64,000 nt of DNA from an uncultured delta proteobacterium (GTDB lineage Bacteria; Bdellovibrionota_C; UBA2361; CAIXSY01). A program made the position numbers and the translations under genes. Under the pieces are notes generated by a model. It was not told where the DNA came from and searched no databases. It was given only the letters and a program-made list of their open reading frames with translations. This document shows, in pieces, positions 63,709 through 64,000 of the stretch. How positions within the stretch are numbered: position 1 is the stretch's first letter; each line of letters opens with the position of its first letter. The stretch covers positions 634-64,633 of the forward strand of contig CAIXSY010000024.1 in the NCBI GenBank assembly GCA_903922175.1. Reading direction: 5' to 3'.

Positions 63709-64000
63709 GTGGATCTGTGCTGTCCGTGCTGCGCTAAGCATTTAGAGTTTGGTCAGGGATCCTCTCTTCACGTAGCAGATGTTGCGGCAGATCCGCAGCC
63801 GACTACCTGTGCGCGTTGTCGTGCCGAGTTAGCACCGATTATAGAAGTGAGGCTATACGCGGAAGCGTGGCGCTATGCTGCCGAGGCGGCTCTACGAAGC
63901 GGTGATTCGGCACGCGCACGGAGCTGTGCCGGCAAGTCTTGGGAGTTGCAGCATGATGCGCACACTGCCTGGCTATTGATGCTCGCAGGTATAATGGCGG
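63709..64000 (+). CDS. N-terminal part of a hypothetical zinc-ribbon protein running out of the window
   Basis: A GTG at 63709 opens VDLCCPCCAKHLEF...TTCARCRAEL (two CxxC pairs), followed by a helical Ala-rich segment. There is no stop before base 64000. Confidence 0.3.
   Translation, partial: MDLCCPCCAKHLEFGQGSSLHVADVAADPQPTTCARCRAELAPIIEVRLYAEAWRYAAEAALRSGDSARARSCAGKSWELQHDAHTAWLLMLAGIMA

Noticed and set aside
1-64000. A prophage, IS element or integrative element explaining the accessory character of the flanks.
   Set aside because: I recognised no integrase, transposase, recombinase, capsid, terminase or conjugation gene in any frame. Only non-autonomous repeats and TA modules are present.

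Overview
This 64-kb bacterial chromosomal window has no rRNA, tRNA, CRISPR array, integrase or transposase that I can recognise, so no taxon can be assigned. It has three parts. (1) Bases 1-8,400 are an accessory-looking stretch. It holds three toxin-antitoxin pairs (killer/antidote, hipBA, brnTA), an SNF2 helicase with a SWIM zinc finger, a bacterial ERCC4/XPF-type nuclease and a DUF4143-type AAA ATPase. It also contains a ~144-bp palindrome and related intergenic motifs. (2) Bases ~9,600-58,400 form a very large envelope-glycan locus. It has about nine intact GT-C-fold membrane glycosyltransferases plus two fragments, and two large membrane proteins with an embedded spermidine-synthase-like domain (a third lies at 60.2 kb). 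It also has five membrane-anchored SGNH hydrolases, one MBOAT, two family-3 acyltransferases and a dehydratase/acetyltransferase/aminotransferase trio followed by a polyprenyl-phosphate-type GT2. Further genes are a Wzx-like flippase, a LicD/nucleotidyltransferase/HAD/racemase/methyltransferase module, GT2/GT4/GT-A enzymes, several methyltransferases and an embedded APC permease. I see no initiating phosphoglycosyltransferase, Wzy, Wzz or exporter. (3) Bases 58,400-64,000 hold higBA, decayed higA and SGNH remnants, the third spermidine-synthase-like membrane protein and a nucleotidyltransferase-type putative toxin pair. The most interesting non-gene signals are these: a dispersed ~120-200-bp hairpin repeat with TGGTCY/GACCAR hexamer periodicity, in three copies, two of them inverted and bracketing ~48 kb of the glycan locus; a T8G9 homopolymer tract at the 5' end of an O-acyltransferase gene, a candidate phase-variation switch; a rearrangement scar holding an orphan Flp pilin gene and two truncated glycosyltransferase paralogues; and a frameshifted SGNH gene. 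Family calls rest on motifs read from the supplied translations. No database search was run. Hand-counted coordinates of non-coding features may be off by 1-2 nt.
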